From Candidatus Bathyarchaeia archaeon (GTDB lineage: Archaea > Thermoproteota > Bathyarchaeia > Bathyarchaeales > Bathycorpusculaceae): a DNA stretch of 64,000 nucleotides. The position numbers were made by a program, and so were the translations under genes. Positions 10,219 through 20,784 of this stretch are shown here, one piece after another (position 1 is the stretch's first letter; each line of letters begins with the position of its first letter). Under the pieces are notes generated by a model. It was not told the DNA's origin, made no database searches, and saw nothing but the letters and a program-made list of their open reading frames with translations. Location of the stretch: the NCBI GenBank assembly GCA_049521795.1, contig JBEKOM010000001.1:64001-128000 (forward strand), read 5' to 3'.

Positions 10219-10716
10219 GTGACTTGTTTGGCTGGTGAGAAAAAGAGAGAAGGAGACGTGTCTCTGAGGGTTGAGGACATTATGGTGAAGGAGGTCGTTA
10301 CCATAGATGAAGACTTGACTGTGAAAGAAGCTGCGGAGATCATGAACAAGTTTGAGATCGGCTGCGTGATCGGTGTGAGAAAGGGGAAGGCCATGGGAAT
10401 ACTGACTGAGCGAGACGTGCTGAAAAGGATAGTTGCAGAGGGCAAAGATGCGAGTAAGACTAAGGTCAGAGATGCTATGACGAGTCCTCTGGTCATCGCT
10501 GAGCCGAGTATGGACCTCGCGGAAGCGGTGAAGATGATGTTTCAGATGAAGATCAAGAAACTGCCCGTGGTCGATGGAAAACGTCTCGTAGGCCTAGTAA
10601 GCCTTACGGACATAGCTCGTTTTCAGCCTCAGATGATCACCATACTGAAGCAGCTTGCAGCAAAACAGACACCACCGAAAAGCATGCAGAAAGTCATCGA
10701 CCGCTACGTTGTCTAG
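10219..10716 (+). CDS. CBS-domain pair protein
   Basis: GILTERD and LPVVD...GLVSLTDI motifs. Confidence 0.9.
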   Translation: MTCLAGEKKREGDVSLRVEDIMVKEVVTIDEDLTVKEAAEIMNKFEIGCVIGVRKGKAMGILTERDVLKRIVAEGKDASKTKVRDAMTSPLVIAEPSMDLAEAVKMMFQMKIKKLPVVDGKRLVGLVSLTDIARFQPQMITILKQLAAKQTPPKSMQKVIDRYVV

Positions 10717-10993
10717 ACAAACGCTCAAGGTCCCTATTCCGATTAAGCGAGCATGGGTGTTCCAAAATTCCCTAGCGCGCGCTAAGCATGAGCGCTACAT
10801 CCCTGTGTTCGCGTTTTGACCCGTCTATTTTACCCTCCCCCTCCCCCTAGGGTGCTAGTACTGCACATAGGCGTTCGTGAGGGTCCTAGTGGATTTGTAT
10901 GGGCTTCAAGCTGAGCGCGTGTAGAGGGCTTGAAGGAGGTCTGGGCGAGCGTAGTACTTTTCTATGTGCTTGACCGTCGCTCATTAGCGCGCG

Positions 10994-11491
10994 CTAGTAA
11001 ACCAGGGAGCTTTCTTTCCACATTCTTAGAAGTTTCTGGCATTCCTCCGCTACTTCTTTTTCATGGGTCTTGCTCTTCAAAGCTTCGAGGAACTCTATTC
11101 GTTTCTCACCTGAACGCTTTTCCGCTACTCCTCCATAGTAGAGTTCTCCCTCAAGATACTCCTTCATGCTGTTGGCTTTCTGCACGAAGACGCTGGCCGC
11201 GTCAACCGAATTTTCAACAGCGTATTCATTTGCCCACAAAGCCGCCTCTGCTTGTCGGAGCTGCGTGAGACCGTCAATCTGTCTTACGCTGCGGACGTAG
11301 GTTCTGAAAAAATCGTAATAGCCGGCGGTCTTGACGAGAGCCAATGCTTTTCTGACTTTCTGCCTGAAGGCTGCGCTTCCTCTGATCCCTATGCGGTGCT
11401 TGTATCCCCCAGCGATTAGCGCTCTGGCCTGCTTGACTTCTTCTTCCGTGTAGACTCGCGCGGGGAAACTCGAGGAAATCTTGACCCTCAT
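10994..11491 (-). CDS. hypothetical protein
   Basis: 165-aa ORF co-oriented downstream of eS25. Confidence 0.7.
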   Translation of the reverse strand: MRVKISSSFPARVYTEEEVKQARALIAGGYKHRIGIRGSAAFRQKVRKALALVKTAGYYDFFRTYVRSVRQIDGLTQLRQAEAALWANEYAVENSVDAASVFVQKANSMKEYLEGELYYGGVAEKRSGEKRIEFLEALKSKTHEKEVAEECQKLLRMWKESSLVY

Positions 11492-11542
11492 GTCGGTAAA
11501 AGCAGGTTCTGTAACTGAATAGGGAGCAGGCCCGTGAACGGC

Positions 11543-11866
11543 TCAGTCTACCCGGTATATTTTGATGTTGTGATTTCCTGAAACCAGTTGGATCGCGCCG
11601 TTTTCTTTTAGTTGATCCAATAAGTCTTTCGCTGTGCTTATGCGCATGTTGAAATGCGTTGCCACAGAATACGGTGTCAAGACGTGCATCTTCTTCAGTT
11701 CGCCAATGACCTTTTCACTCTTCGCGTCTGGCGGGATCACTGCAGGCAGTTTCTTCTCCTTTGAAGGTCCCGCCTTCTCCTTTTTCTTCTTGTCTTTATC
11801 CTCACTGTCCTTTTTATCCTGCATGCGTTCAACTTGTTTCAGGCTGAGTTTCTTTTTTCCACCCAT
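11543..11866 (-). CDS. rps25e: ribosomal protein eS25
   Basis: Lys-rich N-terminus MGGKKK; LTPYSVA...ISTAK winged helix. Confidence 0.88.
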   Translation of the reverse strand: MGGKKKLSLKQVERMQDKKDSEDKDKKKKEKAGPSKEKKLPAVIPPDAKSEKVIGELKKMHVLTPYSVATHFNMRISTAKDLLDQLKENGAIQLVSGNHNIKIYRVD

Positions 11867-12034
11867 TTTGATCAGCTTCCAGTATTGAAATTTGTAGGGT
11901 GGTTCTTAAGCATTTTCCGTGTCGGAAGCCGTTTTCGTGGACATTGAAGATGGTTGGAGACTATTAAGATCACGGAGTAGGCAGGCAGAAACTTCTGATT
12001 TGACAAAAAAGAAAGAGAGAATTGGCGAAAACGG

Positions 12035-12256
12035 CTATTTGCCCATCACTTTTTTCGCTGCGATCTCGATGTCCTCAGACTTTATGGTTTTTCTCCCAGC
12101 GTGCATTGCGAAGTCCAAGGCTTCTCTTGCGATTTTCACACCGATTTCCTCTAACGCTTTGGCCAGTTCTTTTGCTGCCGCTTCGCTTACTCTATCCGCC
12201 CCAGCCTTTTTGCACAATCTGTGCATTGGGGCTACGGCTAATTCTAATTCGACCAC
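12035..12256 (-). CDS. archaeal histone (HMf family)
   Basis: [16 protein letters not shown]...[12 protein letters not shown]. Confidence 0.95.
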   Translation of the reverse strand: MVELELAVAPMHRLCKKAGADRVSEAAAKELAKALEEIGVKIAREALDFAMHAGRKTIKSEDIEIAAKKVMGK

Positions 12257-12622
12257 AAATAGTCCTCCGTAGCCTCTTTTTCTCTTTAAAGCCGTATTTA
12301 ACGTTTATTGTTCATAATTCTTCTCGGTTGATCGCGCTTGTTTAATCTGTAGCCACCTCCAGAGATGGATTTAACGTCTCGAAGCAAAATGCTGTTCGAC
12401 TTTCTGGGATCTAACAGTGCTATTTCTCTTCAATCGCATGTTTTTTTCAGTCTGCGCGCGCAAGCAGCGCATTCAGCACTAAACATCTAGGCTGTTTCAG
12501 ATTATTCGACGGTTGGAATAGGTAAAGTTAAATTAGCCTTGTTATGCTTATGACAGCTTGCTTCAGCAAATCCTTAATCATGGAGCACAGAACAACAGAG
12601 ATGTACTTGGAGGAACAGTTGC

Positions 12623-12850
12623 GTGGGAAGTGTTCGAACCGAACAGATCAAACGCACGGCCAAAGAACTGATTAGACGTTTCCCCGGCAAGTTTTCCCGT
12701 GATTTCGAAAACAACAAGCACATGGTTTCGACTCTAGTGCAAGGAGGGACGCCGAAAGTGAGAAATCAGATTGCCGGGTACATATCGCGCTATTTTGCGG
12801 CTGAAGAAACTGAGCCGCCAAGTGAAGTTGTGGAAGAAGAAGTGGAGTAG
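12623..12850 (+). CDS. rps17e: ribosomal protein eS17
   Basis: MGSVRT...DFENNK...RNQIAGYI. Confidence 0.95.
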   Translation: MGSVRTEQIKRTAKELIRRFPGKFSRDFENNKHMVSTLVQGGTPKVRNQIAGYISRYFAAEETEPPSEVVEEEVE

Positions 12851-12902
12851 CTCTGTTAGGGGCGAGTTGACCTCAAAACTCGTGCAGAGACGAAGGAAAT
12901 TG

Positions 12903-13280
12903 ATGGACGAGTACAGAAAGGGTTGGGCGCTTCGATATCTGCGCGAAGCAAAAGCAGAGCTTGAAGCTGCGAGAAAAATGCCTTACATGGCTCCGAGCCT
13001 GGTTTTGGAGGCTGTTAGAAAAGCTCGAAACGCCATTTACTATAGTCTGGGGGAGCCTGCGTTCGTCGAAATCGTCGTACGAGACACTGCAGAAAAAACG
13101 CAGCCTCAGATGATTAGCGATCCCGTCCTGAAGTGTCTAGTTGAAATCGAAGGAATCGTGCTTCAGCTGTCACAACTTGAGGAAGTGGACAGTGAGAGAG
13201 CGATGAAGCAGGCAGACACTCTGATACAGTTAGCATCAGAAATCGTTGAAACTTTGACAGAAGAAAAAACAGAGGATTGA
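12903..13280 (+). CDS. helical hypothetical protein (possibly HEPN-like)
   Basis: ATG at 12903; WALRYLREAKAEL helix pattern. Confidence 0.6.
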   Translation: MDEYRKGWALRYLREAKAELEAARKMPYMAPSLVLEAVRKARNAIYYSLGEPAFVEIVVRDTAEKTQPQMISDPVLKCLVEIEGIVLQLSQLEEVDSERAMKQADTLIQLASEIVETLTEEKTED

Positions 13281-13286
13281 GGAAGC

Positions 13287-14459
13287 CTATTGTTTCTTCA
13301 GAGACTTTTCTATGCGGTCTAAGGCCTTCTTGATGTTCTCAATCGAGTTCGCAAAGGATATGCGCAGATAGCCCTCGCCGAACTTGCCGAAAGACGTTCC
13401 AGGCAACACTGCCACGCCTCCGTTGTAGAGCAGGTGATCCCCGAGCTTGCGACTGTTCATGCCTGTCCCCGTTATGTTCGGAAACACGTAGAAAGCCCCG
13501 TGAGGCTTCTTGCATGTCATCCCTTTTATGTCGTTTAGGCCTTTGACTATGACTTCTCTCCTCTTCTTGAACTCTTCGACCATTCTTTCCGGTTCTTTCT
13601 GAGATCCCGTTAAAGCTTCAACTCCAGCGAGCTGAGTGAAAGTGGCAGTGCACGAGTTCGAGTTAGTCATCAGCTGCGCGACTTTTTCAGCCAAGTCTTT
13701 TCTCATGACACCGTAGCCGAGTCTCCATCCTGTCATGGCGTACGTTTTTGAGAAACCGTCCAGCAGGATCGTCTTGTCCTTCATCCCTGGGAATTGGGTT
13801 ATGCTTTCATGTTTGCCCTCGTAGATTATCCTGCTGTAGATCTCGTCAGAGAGCACAAAAACATCGTCTCTGTCTTTTAGACAGTCGGCAATGACCTTCA
13901 ACTGCTCCTTCGTGACGACTCCGCCGGTTGGGTTTTCTGGAGAGTTGAGGATTATCATTTTCGTCTTCTTCGTTACCTGTTCCTTCACATATTCGGGGTC
14001 GAGGCCGAACTCGTTTTCCTCTTTGAGGGGTATGGGCACGGCTTTTGCACCGACGAAGTTTATCATAGACTCGTAGATTGGGAAGCCTGGATTCGGGTAC
14101 AGTACCTCGTCGCCGGGGTTTACCAGCGCCAGGATGCTGAAGAACATTATCGGCTTGCCGCCAGGTGTGACGACCACTTCTTCCGGCTTGACTTCCAGTT
14201 TTCTGGTTTTGGAAATGTAATCTGCGACTGCCTGTCTCAGTTCTGGGATACCGGCAGACGGTGTGTAGTGAGTGTAGCCTGCGCTGAGGGCTCTTGTTGC
14301 GGCGTCCTTGATGTTTTTCGGCGTGTCAAAGTCCGGTTCACCTATCTCCAAGTGCACGACGTCCTTTCCCTGCTTCTCAAGTGCCCTGGCCTTTGCGAGA
14401 ACTTCGAACGCTGTTTCTGTTCCGAGAGTTTTCATCCTATCTGCGAAGATAGAGCTCAC
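13287..14459 (-). CDS. PLP-dependent class I/II aminotransferase (aspartate aminotransferase-like)
   Basis: GEPDF, NSPENPTG, SDEIY and GFSKTYAMTGWRLG motifs. Confidence 0.93.
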   Translation of the reverse strand: MSSIFADRMKTLGTETAFEVLAKARALEKQGKDVVHLEIGEPDFDTPKNIKDAATRALSAGYTHYTPSAGIPELRQAVADYISKTRKLEVKPEEVVVTPGGKPIMFFSILALVNPGDEVLYPNPGFPIYESMINFVGAKAVPIPLKEENEFGLDPEYVKEQVTKKTKMIILNSPENPTGGVVTKEQLKVIADCLKDRDDVFVLSDEIYSRIIYEGKHESITQFPGMKDKTILLDGFSKTYAMTGWRLGYGVMRKDLAEKVAQLMTNSNSCTATFTQLAGVEALTGSQKEPERMVEEFKKRREVIVKGLNDIKGMTCKKPHGAFYVFPNITGTGMNSRKLGDHLLYNGGVAVLPGTSFGKFGEGYLRISFANSIENIKKALDRIEKSLKKQ

Positions 14460-14644
14460 TCAAATCACCTAGTTTTGAAAGGAATTAGACGTAGAAGAGG
14501 ATGAGTATTTAACCATTTTACTTGTCCTGCTTCAAATTCATGATCCGACCTTGCATCATAGCTTCGAAAAAGCGATGAAAACATCAGAGAAAGGTGCGGA
14601 AAAGGTTGATTCGACGTGTTGCTTTGGCTATTTGCGTGCGATGC

Positions 14645-15646
14645 CTAGAATTGTCTTGTCAGTGGCCGAGTCTTCATCACGTCTGGGTTGATCAGGTTCG
14701 GCGGTTTCTTTCCTTCGAAGAACGCGACTAGGTTTTCTGCGACCATCTCGGCCATTCTGGAGCGAGTTTCGAGACTTGCGCTTGATATGTGTGGGGCTAA
14801 GACAACGTTGTCCAGCTTGAGCAACGGGCTGTCGACCGGTATGGGTTCCTGTTCGAAAACGTCCAGTGCTGCGCCAGCAATCCAACCCTCTTTTAACGCT
14901 TTGTACAATGCCTTCTCATCCACGACCGGCCCCCTTGAATTGTTTATCAGATAAGCTGTTTTCTTCATCATTCTGAGCTTCTGCTCGTCTATCAGATGAT
15001 GCGTCTCTTTCATCAACGGGACGTGGATGCTGACGAAGTCCGACTGTTTCAGCAATGTATCGAGGTCGGCTTTCTTTGCTCCGAGCTTCTCTATCTCTGG
15101 TCTTGGCACAACATCGTAGAACAGGATTTTCATGTCGAACCCTGTTGCTCGTTTGGCCACAGCGTAGCCGATTCTTCCCGCGCCCACAACACCGATGGTT
15201 GTGCCGTAGACGTCTCTGCCTGCCATCATGTTGGGGTGCCATCCGACCTTCCATTGCCCAGTGCGAACGTACTTGTCTGCTTCGGCCACTCTTCTGGCAA
15301 CCGCTAGTAGCAAGGCCCAAGCAAAGTCTGCAGTTGTGTCGGTCAGGACTTCAGGCGTGTTCGTTACGTAAATTCCTCTTTTCGTAGCTTCAGGTACGTC
15401 TATGTTGTCAAAGCCCACGGCTAATTGAGAAACGATCTTCAGCTTTGGCGCCGCATCAAAGACTTCAGGGTCTATCTTATCGGACAGAAGCGTGACAAGT
15501 GCGTCCACGTTTCTTGCTTTCTCTATTATCGTTTTTTTCGGCGGCGGAGCGTACTCAGGCCAGACTTCGGTGTCGAAGTGCTGCCTTATTATTTTCAGGC
15601 CTCTTTCACCGATATCCCGCGTAACGTAAATCTTCGGTTTTGTCAT
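14645..15646 (-). CDS. gyaR: glyoxylate/hydroxypyruvate reductase
   Basis: VGFDNID, NTPEVLT, GAGRIG, NSRGPVVDE, ALDVFEQEP and APHISS motifs. Confidence 0.88.
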   Translation of the reverse strand: MTKPKIYVTRDIGERGLKIIRQHFDTEVWPEYAPPPKKTIIEKARNVDALVTLLSDKIDPEVFDAAPKLKIVSQLAVGFDNIDVPEATKRGIYVTNTPEVLTDTTADFAWALLLAVARRVAEADKYVRTGQWKVGWHPNMMAGRDVYGTTIGVVGAGRIGYAVAKRATGFDMKILFYDVVPRPEIEKLGAKKADLDTLLKQSDFVSIHVPLMKETHHLIDEQKLRMMKKTAYLINNSRGPVVDEKALYKALKEGWIAGAALDVFEQEPIPVDSPLLKLDNVVLAPHISSASLETRSRMAEMVAENLVAFFEGKKPPNLINPDVMKTRPLTRQF

Positions 15647-15715
15647 GTAATTCACCGTGCAAATGTTTGCGCAATTCTTTATTAGAGTTGACTTATTACA
15701 CTTACGCAATCGTCT

Positions 15716-17119
15716 TTGAAGAAGGTCCGAGGGACTGCAGAGATGCTGGCAATAAGGAATAGGGAACAGTTGGTCAATAACGGCGAGACTCAGCGCAGCC
15801 GAAGAGCCAGGGAGCTAGCCCTCGGAAGCCTCGAAGCCGCGTTGAACGCGGTGGACCCCAAACAGTTAATAGAATCAAAAGTAGTGCTGAAAGACTGCAC
15901 TCTGAAAGTTGATGACTATTCCTTTGATGTGAGAGAGTTCAAGAACATCTACGTCATAGGCGGCGGCAAAGCAAGTGGATCCATGGCGGAAGCCTTGGAG
16001 CAGGTTCTGGACGCACGCATAACGGATGGGCTTGTAAACGTTCTCCATGAAAGCAGAAACAAGACTAGAATCATAAAGCTTCACGGAGCAAATCACCCTG
16101 TTCCAGACGAGGCCGGAGTAGAAGGAACACGCCGGATGCTTGAGATAGCTGAAGGCGCGACAGCTGACGACCTGATCATATGTTTGATCTCAGGCGGAGG
16201 CTCAAGTCTAATGCCTCTGCCAAGGGGAGATGTCACGCTTGCGGACAAGAGACAGGTAACAGATGCCTTGCTTAAGAGCGGCGGCACAATAAACGAGGTC
16301 AACACGGTCCGAAAACACATTTCAGACTTTAAGGGTGGTTGGCTTGCGAAGAAAGCCTACCCAGCCACGATTTTGAATCTGATCCTGTCCGACGTCACAG
16401 GCGATCCGTTGGATTTCATCGCTTCAGGCCCGACTGTTCCTGACTCCACAACGTTCAGCGAGGCCGTAGGAGTTCTGAAGAAGTATGCCCTTTGGGCCAA
16501 CGCGCCGTCATCTGTAAGGAAGCTCTTGTCGGACGGGGAGAAGGGCCTAGTTCCTGAAACGCCAAAAGCCGGAGATGAGGTTTTCAAGAAGGTTTACAGC
16601 TTTGTTGTTGGGAACAACCGGGTCGCCACTCAAGCGGCATGCGAAGGTTTGAAGTCTGCCGGCTTGAAGACCTTGATGCTAACTGCCATGTTGGAGGGGG
16701 AAGCCAGACAAGTGGGAATCGTGCTGGCTTCGATCGCACGTGAAGCTTCGGTTTCTGGAAACCCTGTTCCAAGACCAGCGGGCATAGTTGCAGGAGGAGA
16801 AACAACGGTGTTCGTGGTTGGGAAGGGCATGGGGGGAAGAAACCAGGAGATTGCCTTAGCAGCAGCGATGAAGCTTGAAGGTTTGGACGGTGTGGCTGTG
16901 GCTTCCTTGAGCACGGACGGCGTTGACGGTCCGACGGAGGCTGCTGGGGCAGTCGTCGACGGGCAATCGCTCGCAAGGGCAAAGGAGATCGGCCTAGCTC
17001 CTGAGAAGTTCTTGGCTGACAATGATTCATACCATTTCTTCTCTAAGCTCGGCGACCTCATCTTCACAGGACCCACGGGCACAAACGTCAACGATGTTTC
17101 GGTAATGGTCATTCTGTAA
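15716..17119 (+). CDS. glycerate 2-kinase (MOFRL family)
   Basis: GGGKAS, ISGGGSSL, GGETTV, GGRNQE, TDGVDG and TGTNVND motifs. Confidence 0.92.
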   Translation: MKKVRGTAEMLAIRNREQLVNNGETQRSRRARELALGSLEAALNAVDPKQLIESKVVLKDCTLKVDDYSFDVREFKNIYVIGGGKASGSMAEALEQVLDARITDGLVNVLHESRNKTRIIKLHGANHPVPDEAGVEGTRRMLEIAEGATADDLIICLISGGGSSLMPLPRGDVTLADKRQVTDALLKSGGTINEVNTVRKHISDFKGGWLAKKAYPATILNLILSDVTGDPLDFIASGPTVPDSTTFSEAVGVLKKYALWANAPSSVRKLLSDGEKGLVPETPKAGDEVFKKVYSFVVGNNRVATQAACEGLKSAGLKTLMLTAMLEGEARQVGIVLASIAREASVSGNPVPRPAGIVAGGETTVFVVGKGMGGRNQEIALAAAMKLEGLDGVAVASLSTDGVDGPTEAAGAVVDGQSLARAKEIGLAPEKFLADNDSYHFFSKLGDLIFTGPTGTNVNDVSVMVIL

Positions 17120-17138
17120 GACGGGAAGGAAAGCTGCA

Positions 17139-17423
17139 ATGATTGTAAGTGTGAAGTTCGTCGGATCGTTTCGAGGCATCTCCGGCAAGGACAAGCTGAC
17201 ACTCAAGTTTGGACGGCCTGTTTCGCTTACGGCCCTCGTGGAGAAGACTGTTGAACAGCTGCCTAAGCTCAAATCTTCTCTGATCGATCCTGAGTCTGGA
17301 GAGCCTAGAAGGAGCATGCTGGTGCTCGTGAATGGAAGGGAAATCAGTGTTTTGAACGGTTTGGAGACGCGTGTGAATGATGAGGATGAAGTGGTTTTTG
17401 TTCCGGTCGTGCACGGAGGTTGA
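17139..17423 (+). CDS. MoaD/ThiS/SAMP ubiquitin-like protein
   Basis: Beta-grasp pattern with LVNG and C-terminal HGG. Confidence 0.9.
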   Translation: MIVSVKFVGSFRGISGKDKLTLKFGRPVSLTALVEKTVEQLPKLKSSLIDPESGEPRRSMLVLVNGREISVLNGLETRVNDEDEVVFVPVVHGG

Positions 17424-17429
17424 GCTCGT

Positions 17430-18218
17430 TTGAGGCTCATTGCTGTCAAGACACGTGTCGTTAAAGCTGGAGACGACTTGGTCGAGTTGGTTCTTGAGGC
17501 TCTAAAGTCTCAAGGCTTACAGCTGGAGAATAACGATGTGTTGGCGTTGACTTCAAAGGTTGTGTCCTTTTCGGAAGGACGCACGGTTAAGTTAAGTGAG
17601 GTGAAACCTTCGGAAGAGGCCAAGAGACTGGCAAGGGAATATTCGTTGAAGCCAGAATTTGCCGAGCTGATCCTGCGAGAAGCAGACAGGGTCTGCGGAG
17701 GGGTTGAGAGAGCCGTTTTGACGCTCAAGAACGGGGTTATGGCTGCTAACGCGGGCATAGACAACAAGAACGCGCCTTCTGATTATGCTGTCCTGTGGCC
17801 CAAAGACCCTGCGGCTTCTGCAAGGGAGGTTAGAGACCGAGTCAAAAGCAGAACTGGCAAAGATGTCGCCGTTATAATAGTTGACAGCGGCTTGGTTCCT
17901 CTAAGAATCGGAACGACCGGCTTGGCCTTAGCAGTTGCAGGCTTTAAGCCCATAAGGGACAGCAGAGGCTGCAAAGACCTCTTCGGAAAGTCCATCGTGA
18001 TCACGCGACAAGCAGTTGCGGACGATCTGGCTTCAGCAGCCCACCTGCTGATGGGCGAGGCGACTGAGAAAACTCCCCTAGTGCTGATCAAGGATGCGCC
18101 AGTGGATTTTGACGGTAGCGTTTACGGTTCCGCTGACATGATGATGCCCTTCAAAGAATGCATATTCATGAACACGCTGGGGACGCAATCAGGCGTAAAG
18201 AAAAAGGCCAGAGCATGA
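17430..18218 (+). CDS. cofE: coenzyme F420-0:L-glutamate ligase family protein
   Basis: TSKVVS, ANAGIDNKN, IVDS and ADDLASAAHLLMGE motifs. Confidence 0.85.
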   Translation: MRLIAVKTRVVKAGDDLVELVLEALKSQGLQLENNDVLALTSKVVSFSEGRTVKLSEVKPSEEAKRLAREYSLKPEFAELILREADRVCGGVERAVLTLKNGVMAANAGIDNKNAPSDYAVLWPKDPAASAREVRDRVKSRTGKDVAVIIVDSGLVPLRIGTTGLALAVAGFKPIRDSRGCKDLFGKSIVITRQAVADDLASAAHLLMGEATEKTPLVLIKDAPVDFDGSVYGSADMMMPFKECIFMNTLGTQSGVKKKARA

Positions 18219-18310
18219 TCGTTGCCCTTCATGAGGCTCCCAAAGGGTTTTTCAAAACTAGCCCCGTTGCACGAGCAACTGCGAATTATGCATAAAGCCT
18301 TTTAAGAAGT

Positions 18311-18577
18311 ATGAATTGTATGACATATGTGAAAAGTGGAATAGCTATGAGTACACGTGACGAAGGTATGTCGATTTATGGGACGGTGAAAGTCGGCGAC
18401 CGAGGCCAAGTGGTGATTCCGGTCAAGGCTCGAAAAGACTTCAACATAAAGCCAGGTGACCTGTTGCTCGTGGTGGCGGGCAAGAAGAAGCGTGGCATCG
18501 CGATGGTCAAAGCAGACGCGATGAGGGAGTTCGCGTCAAGAGTCCTGAAGGGTCTAGAGCAGACCGCAGACGAGTAA
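18311..18577 (+). CDS. AbrB/MazE/SpoVT-family DNA-binding protein
   Basis: VKVGDRGQVVIP...IKPGD. Confidence 0.88.
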   Translation: MNCMTYVKSGIAMSTRDEGMSIYGTVKVGDRGQVVIPVKARKDFNIKPGDLLLVVAGKKKRGIAMVKADAMREFASRVLKGLEQTADE

Positions 18578-18607
18578 CGAGCACGGTGTCCATGCGGCTG
18601 GAATGTC

Positions 18608-19072
18608 ATGTTTGAAAGGCGTGAACGGATTCAGAGATGGTTCAACGATGTCGTCGAGAAGTTTCGCCAGAAGGGAGCGGTCAGTCCTGACAAGGCGATG
18701 ACGGCTGAGGAGCTCGGTCTTCCGCCGAGGTTCGAAGAGGCGATGAAGAGGCGTCTGGGCCGCTTAGGCGTGTTCGTGGAAGTGAATGGCAGGTACTATC
18801 TTTCAGAAGAAAGGTTGAAGCAAGTGGAAGAACTGCGATCTGCACGGGGCGGGGCATGGAATCCAGGAAACAGAATTATGACGTTGAGACTGTTTCAGTT
18901 GGTCACTATTGTTCTCGTCGTTACTCTTTTCCTCGTAAACCTCTTCGTTCAGAGTTGGGAGCTGAGAATAGTATCCGCCGTCCTTTTGGTTATCTGGCTA
19001 GTGATAGCCATGCTGCAGATATACTTTCTCTCGCGTGTCCGAAAGAGATACACTTCACAGCAGGCCAGCTAG
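18608..19072 (+). CDS. hypothetical membrane protein
   Basis: N-terminal soluble wHTH-like part followed by two TM helices. Confidence 0.7.
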   Translation: MFERRERIQRWFNDVVEKFRQKGAVSPDKAMTAEELGLPPRFEEAMKRRLGRLGVFVEVNGRYYLSEERLKQVEELRSARGGAWNPGNRIMTLRLFQLVTIVLVVTLFLVNLFVQSWELRIVSAVLLVIWLVIAMLQIYFLSRVRKRYTSQQAS

Positions 19073-19207
19073 GCACGGGGCGGCTATGCTGTGCCTTGCC
19101 CCTCGACGGAAATCGCGACATTCAACCGCACTCTGGTGTCTGTCTGGGGCACAGAATCCGTTGCTTATGACAAAGTATCTGCAGTTTGAACCTTTTGCAG
19201 CAGCTGT

Positions 19208-19924
19208 TCAACGCTTCCGTGGATCGGGCCAGAGATTGGTTGATCTCAAAACTCTTGACAAAGAAGCTCCGATAAATGTCGCGCTTAACGCGATGACAAT
19301 TCGCTCTACAGGATAAAGAACCGTGAGTGTTTGCCAAGTCGGCAACAGATTTGTCGCATTCGGTATCAAAGCTTCAAAGACTAATGACCCGGCAATCTGA
19401 CCCGCGAGCGTGGACGTCAGGCAAGTGATGAAAAATCCGAGGAGCAGTTTCAGGTTGCTTCCAGATTCTAGAGACCTTGCAGCTAGGGACTGCAGGGGCG
19501 AGACCAGAACGATGAGGACCGCTATCTGGAACCACAGTTCTAGGGGGAACAGCCATGCAGGTCCAACGATTGGATAGAACGCAAAAAGCAGTAGCAACGA
19601 TAGGTAGGCTAGTATGCTGATTATTCTTTTTCCGCTTTTGACCATTCCAGCGCAGAATGTCGTGGCAATGCCTGAGGCGAAGCTCGGGTAGGAGAGGGCG
19701 CCTAGAAAAAACCCGATTGTTCCCCCAAGAAACGCGGATAGAGTTCCTATGTAAGGGCCGAGCAGTATTCCGATGATCGGCGCTACGATTGCAGCAGCAG
19801 TGATTGCTTGCCCCGATAGGCCGATTATCGGAGAGATCTTTATGAATCCGAAAACAGCGTACAAAGCCGTGAAAGTCACCGTCAACGCAGTGTCTTTGGT
19901 CGTCAGTTTTCCGTAGTGCGTCAT
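19208..19924 (-). CDS. ECF S-component-like membrane protein
   Basis: Multi-TM; ALYAV...IGILLGPYIG signature. Confidence 0.6.
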   Translation of the reverse strand: MTHYGKLTTKDTALTVTFTALYAVFGFIKISPIIGLSGQAITAAAIVAPIIGILLGPYIGTLSAFLGGTIGFFLGALSYPSFASGIATTFCAGMVKSGKRIISILAYLSLLLLFAFYPIVGPAWLFPLELWFQIAVLIVLVSPLQSLAARSLESGSNLKLLLGFFITCLTSTLAGQIAGSLVFEALIPNATNLLPTWQTLTVLYPVERIVIALSATFIGASLSRVLRSTNLWPDPRKR

Positions 19925-19989
19925 TCTTGTAGTCCTTCGGTGCTATGCGTGGAAACCTAATTATTGGGTGTTGTTTATAAAAGAATGAC

Positions 19990-20784
19990 ATGGCTCGGCG
20001 CATAATCACTCTGACGACTGATTTTGGCTTGAAGGACCCGTACGTGGCAGAGATGAAAGCTGTCATTCTGAACATATGCCTCGACGCCATAATCATAGAC
20101 ATTTCTCATCAAGTCGACAAATTCAACGTTAGGATGGGAGCATACGTCTTAGCATCAGCATCTCCGTATTTTCCAGAAGGCACCATCAACGTTGCGGTTG
20201 TCGACCCGGGAGTTGGAACCAAGAGGCGTCCGCTGTGTATACAGACGAGACACGGCTATTTCATTGGGCCAGACAACGGAGTGCTCGTTCTGGCGGCGAA
20301 GGCCCAGAGGGTAGAGCATGTTTACGAGCTAACGAACTCAAGGTTCATGATGCCAAACGTTTCGAACACGTTTCATGGGAGGGACATCTTCTCGCCAGCA
20401 GCAGCCTACCTGGCAAACGGAGAACTTCCGTCAGACCTTGGACGAGAAACAAGAAAGATAACGGTCCCTGAATTTGCGAAAGTCGTCAGGAGGAAAGCAG
20501 GGCTTGTTGGTGAGGTGATTTACGTAGACGACTTTGGAAACATAATAACAAACATTGGAGAAAAAGAGCTTGCCCCGATGCGAACTATGAAGGCTGTGAA
20601 GGTCAAGGTGAAAAACACTTGGTTTACATTGAGGTTCTGCAGGGCCTACGGGGAAGTTGAGGCGCAGGAACCGTTAGCCCTTATTGGAAGTCACAATTTC
20701 CTCGAACTTTCCGTAAACCAAGGCAACGCATCAAGAGTGTTCAAAGTGAAGAGTGGAGACAGGGTTGTTCTTCAGCGGTCTTAG
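19990..20784 (+). CDS. SAM hydroxide adenosyltransferase (DUF62)
   Basis: TLTTDFG, VVDPGVG, GPDNG and TFHGRDIF motifs. Confidence 0.92.
   Translation: MARRIITLTTDFGLKDPYVAEMKAVILNICLDAIIIDISHQVDKFNVRMGAYVLASASPYFPEGTINVAVVDPGVGTKRRPLCIQTRHGYFIGPDNGVLVLAAKAQRVEHVYELTNSRFMMPNVSNTFHGRDIFSPAAAYLANGELPSDLGRETRKITVPEFAKVVRRKAGLVGEVIYVDDFGNIITNIGEKELAPMRTMKAVKVKVKNTWFTLRFCRAYGEVEAQEPLALIGSHNFLELSVNQGNASRVFKVKSGDRVVLQRS

Noticed and set aside
11502-11515. CAGGTTCTGTAAC resembling an element end
   Set aside because: No partner inverted repeat, target duplication or transposase nearby; probably chance.
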